Shown here piece after piece: positions 9,225 to 18,765 of a DNA stretch of 64,000 nt; position 1 is the first letter of the stretch; each line of letters starts with the position of its first letter. The notes below the pieces were generated by a model. The model was not told the DNA's origin. It did no database searches and worked only from the letters and a program-made list of their open reading frames with translations. Origin of the DNA: a virus; IMG/VR virus record IMGVR_UViG_3300035660_000002, positions 1-64,000 of that record; one strand, 5' to 3'. A program made the position numbers and the translations under genes.

Positions 9225-9277
9225 TCAGCCAAAGTGTGGCCGCCATTTATATCTTTACTCAGCCGAAGTGCGGCTGA
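9225..9277 (-). promoter_or_regulatory. Two CACTT-loop hairpins flanking a TATAAAT late-promoter-like box in the capsid leader
   Basis: TCAGCCG-CACTT-CGGCTGA (9259-9277), TATAAAT (9245-9251), CGGCCA-CACTT-TGGCTG (9226-9242). Confidence 0.55.
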
Positions 9278-9286
9278 ATAGGATAT

Positions 9287-11890
9287 CTACCTTATTCCCG
9301 CTACCAGCCTTTCTGTCTCTGTTATCATCGGATCCTTATCCCCATCCGGTAGTTCAATATGTATGCTTCCCGGCGCTCCTCCACCCATCATGCCTTCCCT
9401 GAGAGCGAACCTTATCTTGCTGATCATGCTGTCGACCTCCTCCGCCGTCTTGCACTGCCTTAGCATGACCAGAGTGTTTTCAGGGATCTGGAGGCCCGAT
9501 TCACGCACCCTCATCTCCACAACAGTCCTCTGGAACATATCTGCTTCATGCTTGGCCTTTTGCTCAGCTATCATAGTCTCGTAATGCTTCTTGACGCTCT
9601 CGATCTTCTTCTCGTAGATGCCTTTGATCTCCTTAAGCAGATCCTCGCCGAACTTCTTTATCTGCGCCTTGGCCTGCTCAGTTATCTTGGTCATCTTCCC
9701 CTGAGTCTCTGCAGCAATCGACTCCGCTACTTCCATTGCCTTGTCGCGCTCTGCCTTGGAAATTGCTTCGTTCTTGCGCGCCTCTGCCAGGACTTTTATC
9801 ATGCTCTTGTATAGACTCATCGGGGTCTTTGCCTCGGAGAGAACCTTCTTGTCCTTGTCCGGCAGGAACATGTCATCTGACGCCTTCTGCATCTCTTTGT
9901 ATATGGTCTCGAAGTCTATTCCTGTGTTGTCCTCTTTTATAACGCCTTTGCCCATAGCCTTGCCCCCTTTGTCGGTTGATTCTTTTAGTTTATTGATTGC
10001 CTGCGCGAGCGTATCCTCCGCGAGCTTTCTTTCCACTGTATTTAAAGGAGTCTTGCGGTCTGGGGAGAACATCCTGCCGAACCTTACAGGGTTCTTCTCG
10101 GCTATCGCCTTGAACTCTGTCAGCTCCTCCGCACTCCAGGTTTCCCATGTGAACTTCAATCCTTCACGCACTGATTCCTTGGCTTTTTCACCCCTGCATG
10201 CCGGGCATAATGTGTATTCATTGTTGTCGACCGGCTTGCCACAATTACCACATGGCACCGGCTTTGTCCCGGGCTTCATTGCTACCCTGGGCTTGTCCGG
10301 GTTGTGGAACGCAATGGCTTCCTTGACTATCTTCAGATGCTGTATCTCCGCCTCAAAAGGTTCCTTGGCGCCATCCATCAGCACGTCCACGGTATATGTA
10401 TAATTCTCCTTATCGATCATCAGCTTCTTCGGAGACGATTTTACTGTGCCCTTCGCACCCTGCTTTGCGCCCACCTGTTGTGCGGCCAACGGATAGCTTT
10501 CAGCGCTCGCAGTGAACTCCACACGATCCCCTGCACCTATCCCACGCTCCCCTATATCCCCTTTCGCCTTATCCTGCGCTGCTCCTGCCCCTGTGGTGCC
10601 CTGTGGGATGCCGGAGGGCCCGCCGCCTGCGCCTGCTTCCATCTCTTTTATTTTTCTCTTCTTCCCGGCCGCCTTCTGCACCCGGGCCTCATTCACATCT
10701 GTGCCTGTGATCTCTTGCATGAGGGCCTGCTTCTCTGCAGGTGTCATGGTGTATCCGCTGTCCTCAAGCGCCCTCACCACATCGTTGAATATGTCATCTG
10801 AGTCAGCCTGCACATTTGGGAAGTCCTTTTCCCAGCTCTGGTATGCCTGCATGATCTGCTTGGCGTACTTGCCTTGGCCTTCCCCCATGATCCTTGGAGT
10901 ATCCTGCCTGAGCGCCTTCGCCTTGTCACCGCCCGCGCCTGTCCCTGATGGAACGGCAGGTTCCCCTATGTGGGCAGAGTCTCCGACTTCTTTTACCTGC
11001 CCTTCTTTCTTGAAATCATCCAGTGCCTGCCGGAGCGTTGCGTCAGAGAGCGTATGCCATGCTACCTTATTCACCTTTAGCACGTAGTCTTTGAATGCCT
11101 GCCCTGCGGCCGTTACTTCCGCATCAATATCTTCACGCACTTTGTTCTCGTTTGCGTGCGCACATCCCTTCATGCACTTCTTTTCCGACTTTTTGCACTG
11201 GCACGCCTTGTGCCCTTTGTCGTGCTGGATGCTCTCAAGTAAATCCTTCGCCTCTGACACATGCATTGACTCGAGCATAACAGTAGCATACTGCCGGTCG
11301 ATCTTCTCATTGTCAATCCCCGTCTTTATGATTCCCACAACATCCCTTTCTACCGATTCAGGGTATGCACCATATGTCGACGCATCCGCCGTAAAGTCAA
11401 CGGTCTTCAAAGAATATGATTCCGGAACAACATCGTAGAATGTTTCCTCGCCTTCCTGACATTCCTCCAGATCTCCCTCAGCCCTTGTTGACATGCCTAT
11501 GCCACATTCGGCCCTGAGAAGCGTATCCACAATCCTGCCGTATGGAGTATCAAGTATATCGGATCCACACTTCTCAATGTTACCTTCCTTAAATATTTCT
11601 GTCACTACGTGGGATATCTTTTCCGTGTTGGATTGACTGGTGTCTTTCGGATGCTCGGCGTGACCGAACAGGCTGCGGGTCCTGAGCTTCTCCCTTATAT
11701 CCGGATCCTGGTCTACCTTCTCCCACACTTCATTGCGGTACCTGCGCTTGTTCCGGTTCAGTTCTCCTATCTTGCATATGGGATATATAACGTGACAGAG
11801 CACTCCCTCTGCCAGCTTCTTACGATCCGATTCCGTTATCGTCGCTTTTCCTGTCATCCTCTCAATCAGTGTTTGCTTCTTTAATAGCAT
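9287..11890 (-). CDS. gp21: Prohead protease (T4 gp21-like) fused to a long modular/scaffold region
   Basis: NRNKRRY, LFGHAEHP, ILDTPYGRIV, GMSTRAEG and VDFTADAS protease motifs; then about 650 aa of small modules and a coiled-coil C-terminus. Confidence 0.9.
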   Translation of the reverse strand: MLLKKQTLIERMTGKATITESDRKKLAEGVLCHVIYPICKIGELNRNKRRYRNEVWEKVDQDPDIREKLRTRSLFGHAEHPKDTSQSNTEKISHVVTEIFKEGNIEKCGSDILDTPYGRIVDTLLRAECGIGMSTRAEGDLEECQEGEETFYDVVPESYSLKTVDFTADASTYGAYPESVERDVVGIIKTGIDNEKIDRQYATVMLESMHVSEAKDLLESIQHDKGHKACQCKKSEKKCMKGCAHANENKVREDIDAEVTAAGQAFKDYVLKVNKVAWHTLSDATLRQALDDFKKEGQVKEVGDSAHIGEPAVPSGTGAGGDKAKALRQDTPRIMGEGQGKYAKQIMQAYQSWEKDFPNVQADSDDIFNDVVRALEDSGYTMTPAEKQALMQEITGTDVNEARVQKAAGKKRKIKEMEAGAGGGPSGIPQGTTGAGAAQDKAKGDIGERGIGAGDRVEFTASAESYPLAAQQVGAKQGAKGTVKSSPKKLMIDKENYTYTVDVLMDGAKEPFEAEIQHLKIVKEAIAFHNPDKPRVAMKPGTKPVPCGNCGKPVDNNEYTLCPACRGEKAKESVREGLKFTWETWSAEELTEFKAIAEKNPVRFGRMFSPDRKTPLNTVERKLAEDTLAQAINKLKESTDKGGKAMGKGVIKEDNTGIDFETIYKEMQKASDDMFLPDKDKKVLSEAKTPMSLYKSMIKVLAEARKNEAISKAERDKAMEVAESIAAETQGKMTKITEQAKAQIKKFGEDLLKEIKGIYEKKIESVKKHYETMIAEQKAKHEADMFQRTVVEMRVRESGLQIPENTLVMLRQCKTAEEVDSMISKIRFALREGMMGGGAPGSIHIELPDGDKDPMITETERLVAGIR

Positions 11891-11901
11891 ATATATCTCC
11901 T

Positions 11902-12333
11902 CTAAATTAGCATTCTCATCTCTGTCCGGTATTCCTTGATTTTGGCAAGGTTTCCGTACAGCTTATTCCAGTCAGCGTCCTTAAGAATATCCCCTATGTA
12001 TTTACACTGCACTTCTTGGCAGTAGACACTTCGTATTGATCTCGGCAATCTGCATCCTCGCTCTGTGAGAAATCCTGTCGTATCAGACCACCCGTATATA
12101 TTTTTAAGACATGTCAGTTGTAATGCCGCCTCGGGAATCTTTGTTATCCCGTTATGGTCAGACTTCTTCTTCCCCGGAAGCTTTCCGTCAAAGTCGAAGT
12201 GTGCGTTCGATTCAGCGCATCCAGCGCAACAGTTCTCACAAGATCCTTTCTTGCCGCAGCACTGCTCGACCGCTCTTTTAAAGAACGCTTCTATCTCCGC
12301 TATGAGGTCATCTATCGTTTCGTTCTTTTCCAT
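11902..12333 (-). CDS. Cys-rich protein resembling the YkgJ-type Zn/Fe-S chelating family
   Basis: CCGKKGSCENCCAGC and GFLTERGCRLPRSIRSVYCQEVQC; start revised to ATG 12333. Confidence 0.5.
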   Translation of the reverse strand: MEKNETIDDLIAEIEAFFKRAVEQCCGKKGSCENCCAGCAESNAHFDFDGKLPGKKKSDHNGITKIPEAALQLTCLKNIYGWSDTTGFLTERGCRLPRSIRSVYCQEVQCKYIGDILKDADWNKLYGNLAKIKEYRTEMRMLI

Positions 12334-12342
12334 ATTAAATAA

Positions 12343-12434
12343 TGGGCGGCGTAAGCATTTCTGCCTGACGGCTATGTGTTGGTATATGCGCCTAGTGGGC
12401 GTCATAGATACCCTTTTTAGTGCATCGCCGCCCA
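12343..12434 (-). ncRNA. Structured intergenic cis-element (unknown class)
   Basis: 9-bp terminal stem TGGGCGGCG/CGCCGCCCA enclosing a CACTA-loop hairpin; occupies the whole intergenic gap. Confidence 0.45.
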
Positions 12435-12439
12435 ATCCT

Positions 12440-13738
12440 TTATCTAACCTTTCCGATCATTCTCTCGAAGCTGTCGTCAGCTTCTCTCTCAGTCACAGAT
12501 GGCACTCGCTCCTCTACCACACCCTCAGCCTCGGCCCCTTTACGGATAAGTTCCATCGGATCCAGATGTGTCTCTGTGTACACCCTGAGCCGACTGTTGT
12601 CTCCCTTCTCGATGAGAGTCGTAATCATTTTATCATCAACCTCACCTGCAGGATTCTCGGGGACTTTGCCTTCGCCGACCTTGCCTTCCTCATCCACTTG
12701 CTTCTGTGTATCAGGATGTACCATAATTCCAACTAATCCTTTGTCCTCCACGAATTTGAATATAACTGATCCATGAGAGAACTCATCCGTAAGAGCCTGT
12801 ACCTCTTTATGCAAAGCATTTTCAGTATCTACAGGCAAGTTACCGTGTTCGATAGCAACAACCCATCCATCTTTGTTTGCCACACTTACTTTATATTTTG
12901 CCGCTATCTTTGTTGCCGCATCCTGCACGGCCTGTGAGTAGTCCTGCAGTGTGCTCTTGGGTATACGTCCTTCACCAACCTTCTTTTTCCGCTCCTCAAG
13001 ATCTATTTCCATCACATCTATCTTGCTGGCCATAGACCCGAAAAGCCTCTTCACGAGAGCTTCGGCCTGCTTTAACCCCATCGTCGTAGTTTCGTACTCT
13101 ACGGTACCTGCGCCAACTCCCGCTCCCTCAAATCCGTGCTGCTGTAACACATCCATCTCATCGGCCATACCCCTCGGGCCGCTGATCATAATTATCTTGC
13201 CCTCTGTTACCTTGCGCTCACCGACCTTCTTTACATCGTCCTTATTGAGCGCAGGAGCCCCCTCTTTGCCCTTATTCTTGTCCTTATCGAGAGATCCCTC
13301 ACCCTGCTTAACAGGCGCCGTATTCGTGCCTGCGGGCTTGATATCATCCTTTGCCAGGTTCGGGTCACCTGCCTGCTGTCCTTTGGGCGCCGGGGCCGCG
13401 CCTTCCCCTCCTGCCACCTTCTTTGCGCCATCGAGGCTCGGGTCGCCTCCTGCCTTGTTCTTGTCACTGCCGAGTGATCCTGCGCCTTGAGCTACCGGCG
13501 CGGTGTTCGTTCCTGCCTTGGCCATATCCTCTTTGGAGAGGTTAGGGTCGCCTGCCTTGCCTTCGCCATCCTTGACGGCTCCCTTATCCTGATGTACCGG
13601 GGCATCGCCTGCCTTGACCTCGGTCTTCACTGCAGGGTCCTTGCCGGGCTTGCCATCGAGCTTCTCTTTGCCTTCGGCACCGGGCTTCTGATCGGTGGCC
13701 ACGACTTCCTCTTTTACCTTATCTATAGATTTTCCCAT
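12440..13738 (-). CDS. Prohead core/internal head protein with internal tandem repeat
   Basis: K/G/A/D/P-rich N-terminus with two about 60-aa repeats (AGDPNLxKxD..AGTNTAPVxQGxGSLxxDKNK); VxE|G putative protease sites; lies between portal and protease. Confidence 0.65.
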   Translation of the reverse strand: MGKSIDKVKEEVVATDQKPGAEGKEKLDGKPGKDPAVKTEVKAGDAPVHQDKGAVKDGEGKAGDPNLSKEDMAKAGTNTAPVAQGAGSLGSDKNKAGGDPSLDGAKKVAGGEGAAPAPKGQQAGDPNLAKDDIKPAGTNTAPVKQGEGSLDKDKNKGKEGAPALNKDDVKKVGERKVTEGKIIMISGPRGMADEMDVLQQHGFEGAGVGAGTVEYETTTMGLKQAEALVKRLFGSMASKIDVMEIDLEERKKKVGEGRIPKSTLQDYSQAVQDAATKIAAKYKVSVANKDGWVVAIEHGNLPVDTENALHKEVQALTDEFSHGSVIFKFVEDKGLVGIMVHPDTQKQVDEEGKVGEGKVPENPAGEVDDKMITTLIEKGDNSRLRVYTETHLDPMELIRKGAEAEGVVEERVPSVTEREADDSFERMIGKVR

Positions 13739-13752
13739 GACGATTTCTCCTT

Positions 13753-14049
13753 TTATTTTGAGTCCTTGACGGCCTCTATAAGTTTAAGCATCAGCTGTTC
13801 GCGCTCACCTTGCGCCTTCTTGTCCTCAGCCTGAAGCATTACATACTTGTCTATGGTTCCTGCGAGCTTTTCGACATTGCTCTGTGTCACATCTACTTTC
13901 TTGTCAACTGCGGCCACCTTACTCTCTACCGCCTCAACCTTCTTAGGCATACTGGCAAGCCCAATCGCGCCTGCTGATATCGCGGCTACGATTGCCAGCA
14001 GAGCTATCCACGACTTCATCTCAGTCACCAGTTCGCTTATCTTCTTCAT
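13753..14049 (-). CDS. Membrane-anchored coiled-coil protein
   Basis: One TM helix (WIALLAIVAAISAGAIGLAS) then heptad-like region. Confidence 0.6.
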   Translation of the reverse strand: MKKISELVTEMKSWIALLAIVAAISAGAIGLASMPKKVEAVESKVAAVDKKVDVTQSNVEKLAGTIDKYVMLQAEDKKAQGEREQLMLKLIEAVKDSK

Positions 14050-14050
14050 C

Positions 14051-14284
14051 CTATACTCCTATTGACCCTTTTCCCGGCTGCAGGATCCTGCTTTCCTCTT
14101 GCATCGTCAGCGTCTGTATCGCGCCTGCCAGCATCAATATCGCCTGCTTCTTATCGACCGTACATATCACGATAGGGTTCTTGGTGCCCTTCTGAACACC
14201 TATCGTTATGTACGCCGTGATTTCAAGACCGCTGCCATCGCCATTCGCTCCTACTATGCCCTTGTCCTGCCCTTCCGCCCCCAC
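14051..14284 (-). CDS. Hypothetical protein
   Basis: 77 aa ORF with GGAGG RBS. Confidence 0.55.
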   Translation of the reverse strand: MGAEGQDKGIVGANGDGSGLEITAYITIGVQKGTKNPIVICTVDKKQAILMLAGAIQTLTMQEESRILQPGKGSIGV

Positions 14285-14309
14285 GCTACACCTCCCGTTT
14301 ATATTATGT

Positions 14310-14852
14310 TTATGGCGCCCCCACCGATCCTACACCGCCTGCGCCTTCGTTGCCTTGCATCTTGGCAATACGCTGCTTGGCATCCTCTTCGGCTTCTGCT
14401 CGGTTCTCTTCCGGATATATTGCAGGATGTTCTTTCTCCCATCGCTGTATCGCAGCTGACAACGTATTGCCGCCACCTATGATGATCCTGCCTATACTTA
14501 TAGCGTCATGCGATCCGTTGCCAATAACATCCTCTATCGTAGAGTCCTTACTTTGTGGATCAAGCACCAACCAGAACGTACGTTTCGAGTTGAACGCCTC
14601 GCGCATCTTGAGCTTTCGGCTTGCTGTAACACCATCTATTCTATACGCCCATGTACCGTCAGGAAATGTTCTGTCCAAGGCATTCACTGCCTCATTGCCT
14701 CTTTCCTTATACTCCTCTACCGCTTCTTGAGGGATGGACTTCTCATAAAACTCCTGGCCTTCGTTGGTCAGTTCAAAGGATATCTTGCCGGCCTCGTTCA
14801 CACCTTCCCCTGCTGTCACTGCCTTCATCTCTTTATATAGTTTCTCGTCCAT
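14310..14852 (-). CDS. Probable internal head protein
   Basis: 180 aa, VNE|A and MRE|A putative protease sites, coupled to the upstream core protein. Confidence 0.6.
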   Translation of the reverse strand: MDEKLYKEMKAVTAGEGVNEAGKISFELTNEGQEFYEKSIPQEAVEEYKERGNEAVNALDRTFPDGTWAYRIDGVTASRKLKMREAFNSKRTFWLVLDPQSKDSTIEDVIGNGSHDAISIGRIIIGGGNTLSAAIQRWEKEHPAIYPEENRAEAEEDAKQRIAKMQGNEGAGGVGSVGAP

Positions 14853-17800
14853 TATCTCTTCTCCTTTAGCCCATGCTTCTCGAGCAGGTCTTTTATCATG
14901 CCGTCATCAACCTCACCTGCCGGATTGGCCGGCACCTTGCCCTCAGCGGCCGCATCCTTTATCACATAAAGATCATCGAGATTGGTGCCGACATGAATAG
15001 TAGGATTGGCCTCCCATGCCGCTTCGACTGAAGCAAATCCCAGCCTCTTGGCTATGCCGTATGACTCATCGTAATTCTTGAAATCTTCGATGTCATTGTC
15101 GTAGCTGGTCCTCAGCTTGCCCTTCCATTCCTTCAGCACGGCCTCATGCGCCTTCTTCTTTTTCTTCATGGCCTTGCCGATCGCATGCCACTTCTTTTCC
15201 TTTTTCGACATGCCCCCACATCCCTCATCGGCCTCTACGGCTTTCAGCTCCTCGGCTATGTCTGCTTCGGTAACGGTTTCCCGTACGCCCTTGCCGATCA
15301 GAGCATTGATCTGCGCAACCTCTGCCTTATCCAAATCGCGGACATGCTCAGCCTGATCATTGGCCCACCACAGTTCTACATCGGCATCGCCTGCCTTCTT
15401 TCCGGCATCCTCGAGCTTGTCGGCTACATCCTGCATACTTGTCAGGAGATCTGATTCTTTGCCGCCTATCTTCAGCACGAACGCAAAGTCCTCGTCATCA
15501 CCACCTTCGGAGACAGATTCCTTCTTGCCTTTCCGCCTTTCAATCTCGGCCTGCAGCTCCCTGATGAGCTCGTTGTCATGAAGCCCCATTGCTTCCAGCT
15601 CGGTCTGATGCTGAAGAGCCTTTTGTAGTTCTGAATCTTCGATCTGAAGAAGCTTCCACTTGCCCTCGCCTTCATCTATATTCGGTTGTTCCATCCTATG
15701 TTGGTACATTTTAATCTTTTTTGATAAACTATCCATTCTATCTTGAGCATCCTGCTGCATATCTTTATTTGATTCGGTACTTGCTCTTTTGTAATCCTCT
15801 TTAGCTTTTGAAAATTGTGTCTGTAATGATGCTACCGTCCCCCCAATTCTTTTTCGTTCGGATTCGCTCATGACTTCATTTTCGATCTCGCCCTTCTTCT
15901 CACGGCTGTCAACCTCTTTCGGGTTCTTTATCTCCTCTGCGCCTACCTGTTCGGCTTCGTGCTCTTTCTTCAGCTCCTCACACTTCTGGTCGTATTCGAT
16001 CTGATTGATCTTCTCCTCATGGAAGTCTTTCAGGAGCTTGGTGATCTCCCTCTGATACGCGTCCTCTTTCTCCTGACGAGTCTTGGCGATGTCCCCTACC
16101 GGTGTTTCCCTGCCCTTCGCATCTTCCTTGGAGGCGGGAGTTTCCTCTTTGGATTCCCTCATCACATCCAGCCAGAACCTGCCGAACGGAGTGTTGCGCA
16201 CCAAAAATTCATACTCTTTCCCGTCCTCAAGCTCCTTCATCCATGTAGTGACGACCTGCTGCTGATCCTTCATCGCCTTGCCCGTTGCCTTGACTATAGC
16301 AAATCCCTTCTTCTTGTCCTCATCAGAGAGCTCCGCCGCCTCATTGGCCTTGCCACACTTCGGGCAGTTACCCTTCTGACACGGAAAGCATTTACCACCC
16401 TCTTTGGCTTCCGCTGCCGATAGCTTTGCGCCACAACATTTGCACCACAACTTGGCTATCCCGGCCTCATCTACTTTGGATTCATTATACTTCTTCTCAC
16501 ATGCGGCGCACACACCACTCTTGTCCTCGCTGGGCTTACCGCAGTATCTGCACTTCACAATGTCCTTGCCTTCATTCCTGCTGACCAGCGCCAGATCTTT
16601 TATCTTCTCTTGCGTCTTTTCGTTCTGCCCCCAATCAACCTCTACCGTATCGTTGTCAATTATCTTGGTAATGTTGCCGTTGACTTTAGATGTGTCGCGC
16701 CGCTCAACACCATCCCCTACTTTGGGCTGTGGTATAGCTTCCTCTACCTTCGCCTCGCTGGCCTCAACGTCCTTCTCTTCCTCTTTTGTCGGCTCTGTCT
16801 CTGGTGCCTTGGGATCGCTTGCAAGTGCCTCTTTCCTGCGCTTCCATGCGTCCTTGAGCCTGGTCTCTTGCTTGTCGTCTATGTCACCCTTTGTGGCCGC
16901 TTTCTCGAGAGCGTCCATAACGGTCTCAAGGGCACTTGCCTCAGTCGCCTTATGTATCTTGCGGAGGAAGGACATCGCATGCTTGGTACGTTCTGCGGCC
17001 GCGACCTTATCTTTCTTGGTCTCTTTGGCCTCGTTTTTCGCCTTCTGCGCCGGATCGAACCCTATCACGAGACTCGCCTCTGTCGCTTTCTCGGTCATGA
17101 GAAGCTCTATGACCTGATCCAACGTTTCCTGATCGAGGTCGTCGAATGTGATCGTATCCTCTGCGTTATCCACGCTGACCACCTGTTGCTTCTGGTTATC
17201 GACGTAGTATTCTTTATCCGCGATCATGACCTTCGGCATCTCTTTGACCGGTGCGGCCGGCGCGGCTGCTGCTGGATCCTTCTCAAACATCTTCACGTCC
17301 TGCCCTGCTTCCTTTACACTTTCCATTCTCGGCGCCTCTGCCGCACCTGGTTCCCTTGCGGGTTCGCCTACTTCGCCTGTTTCCATCTCATGCTCCGGCG
17401 ATTGCCCTTCAGGCTCACCTGCCAGTTCCGGTGGTATCTCCTTCTTGCCCTCCACCTTGAAGAGACCTAAGTCCTCGAGGAGCTTAAAGCTTATGGAGTC
17501 GATCTGCATGTCCTGCACGATCTGATATATGAAGTCCGCGTCCGGTATGCCCTCGGTGTTCTCTACGTTCTTTACCTCTTCATCGGAGATGCCGTAGAGC
17601 TTTATCGACTTGATGCTTGTCGAAGCGCCTTCTGCCGGGCTTGGCCCTGCCTCTGCGCCTGCGGGGCCTGCCGTGCCTGTCTCGCCCTTGTCGATGATGG
17701 CGTAGTACAGTTCATCGCCTGACGATCCGAAGTATACCTTTCCCTGTATCTCCTTCTCTTCCTCTTTGTCCGAGATCTCATAGAGTTTCTTGATCACGTT

Positions 17801-17980
17801 CTCTATGTTCGGGTCCTCAAGGTTCGGCACCACTCCTTCGGCGACCTTGCGGGCCTCCTCCAGGAGATGCAGTTCGTTTGACTGTTTCACAGCTGGCGGC
17901 CGGTTTGTTGATTCATTCAGAGCTTCGCTCTGCTTTAGTATACCCAGATTCTTTTCAATGTCTCCGAATAGCAATGGCAT
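14852..17980 (-). CDS. Large acidic modular prohead core/cargo polyprotein
   Basis: About 1040 aa (start revised to ATG 17980); E/K-rich; many xxE|A/S/G sites separating SH3-like, Cys-finger and helical modules. Confidence 0.7.
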   Translation of the reverse strand: MPLLFGDIEKNLGILKQSEALNESTNRPPAVKQSNELHLLEEARKVAEGVVPNLEDPNIENVIKKLYEISDKEEEKEIQGKVYFGSSGDELYYAIIDKGETGTAGPAGAEAGPSPAEGASTSIKSIKLYGISDEEVKNVENTEGIPDADFIYQIVQDMQIDSISFKLLEDLGLFKVEGKKEIPPELAGEPEGQSPEHEMETGEVGEPAREPGAAEAPRMESVKEAGQDVKMFEKDPAAAAPAAPVKEMPKVMIADKEYYVDNQKQQVVSVDNAEDTITFDDLDQETLDQVIELLMTEKATEASLVIGFDPAQKAKNEAKETKKDKVAAAERTKHAMSFLRKIHKATEASALETVMDALEKAATKGDIDDKQETRLKDAWKRRKEALASDPKAPETEPTKEEEKDVEASEAKVEEAIPQPKVGDGVERRDTSKVNGNITKIIDNDTVEVDWGQNEKTQEKIKDLALVSRNEGKDIVKCRYCGKPSEDKSGVCAACEKKYNESKVDEAGIAKLWCKCCGAKLSAAEAKEGGKCFPCQKGNCPKCGKANEAAELSDEDKKKGFAIVKATGKAMKDQQQVVTTWMKELEDGKEYEFLVRNTPFGRFWLDVMRESKEETPASKEDAKGRETPVGDIAKTRQEKEDAYQREITKLLKDFHEEKINQIEYDQKCEELKKEHEAEQVGAEEIKNPKEVDSREKKGEIENEVMSESERKRIGGTVASLQTQFSKAKEDYKRASTESNKDMQQDAQDRMDSLSKKIKMYQHRMEQPNIDEGEGKWKLLQIEDSELQKALQHQTELEAMGLHDNELIRELQAEIERRKGKKESVSEGGDDEDFAFVLKIGGKESDLLTSMQDVADKLEDAGKKAGDADVELWWANDQAEHVRDLDKAEVAQINALIGKGVRETVTEADIAEELKAVEADEGCGGMSKKEKKWHAIGKAMKKKKKAHEAVLKEWKGKLRTSYDNDIEDFKNYDESYGIAKRLGFASVEAAWEANPTIHVGTNLDDLYVIKDAAAEGKVPANPAGEVDDGMIKDLLEKHGLKEKR

Positions 17981-17993
17981 AATGTTCCTCCTG

Positions 17994-18347
17994 TTATCGA
18001 ATACCTTGTAATAGTTTCTCGAGAGTCCCTTTCGCCTCGTTTTCCGCATCCTTCTTAAAGTCATCTATTACTTTCGCTGTCTCCTCGCATATGCCTATAG
18101 ATGGCGCCGCAGCGGACTTGGCAAATGCCTCTGTCAGCTCGTCCGCATTCTCCTTTATCTTCTCACTTATGACTTTCCCTGTTTCAACCGGCGGCGCTCC
18201 TTGCAAGTCCTCTACCGCCATGTCCACGAATGTGGCGATGGATGGACTCTCTTCCCGGGCTTTCTCATGCAGTGCCCTCATGTCCGGGGCTTTACTCCCC
18301 AGGAGATCCCCTAGCGCTGCCGCTACGAATTCATTTGTCGCTGGCAT
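17994..18347 (-). CDS. Hypothetical head-region protein
   Basis: Start revised to ATG 18347; acidic helical. Confidence 0.6.
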   Translation of the reverse strand: MPATNEFVAAALGDLLGSKAPDMRALHEKAREESPSIATFVDMAVEDLQGAPPVETGKVISEKIKENADELTEAFAKSAAAPSIGICEETAKVIDDFKKDAENEAKGTLEKLLQGIR

Positions 18348-18348
18348 A

Positions 18349-18765
18349 TTAAAACCCCTTATCTTTCGGTTGCTTCCACCAATCATCACCCTTCGACCAT
18401 GGCCCGTCTCTCTCTATGTCCATGCCCTCATCTATCATGCCATGCTCTCTGGCGTATGCTTCCATCCTCTCTCCGAGCTCTACGAAGTCCTTCGCCTTAA
18501 AGAACCTGAACGCCTTCAGGAACATCCAAAATCCATGTACAGCCCCAAGCTCATATCCCGGGTACATGCTTTCGTTGGTATTCCTGTCTTTCTTAGCCGC
18601 ATCGAGGAACTCATCGATGCCCCAGTTCCTGCGGCTTTCCATCCACTTCGGTAGGTCGTTCACGTCAAAAGTATCTTTGTTAACGTAGAGATATGCCATC
18701 CCACCACCGCACCCTACGCCGGTCGCATACCATCTCGCGCTTATAACAACCATTGGCCCACTCAT
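18349..18765 (-). CDS. Hypothetical protein
   Basis: ATGA overlap with upstream gene at 18762-18765. Confidence 0.55.
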   Translation of the reverse strand: MSGPMVVISARWYATGVGCGGGMAYLYVNKDTFDVNDLPKWMESRRNWGIDEFLDAAKKDRNTNESMYPGYELGAVHGFWMFLKAFRFFKAKDFVELGERMEAYAREHGMIDEGMDIERDGPWSKGDDWWKQPKDKGF

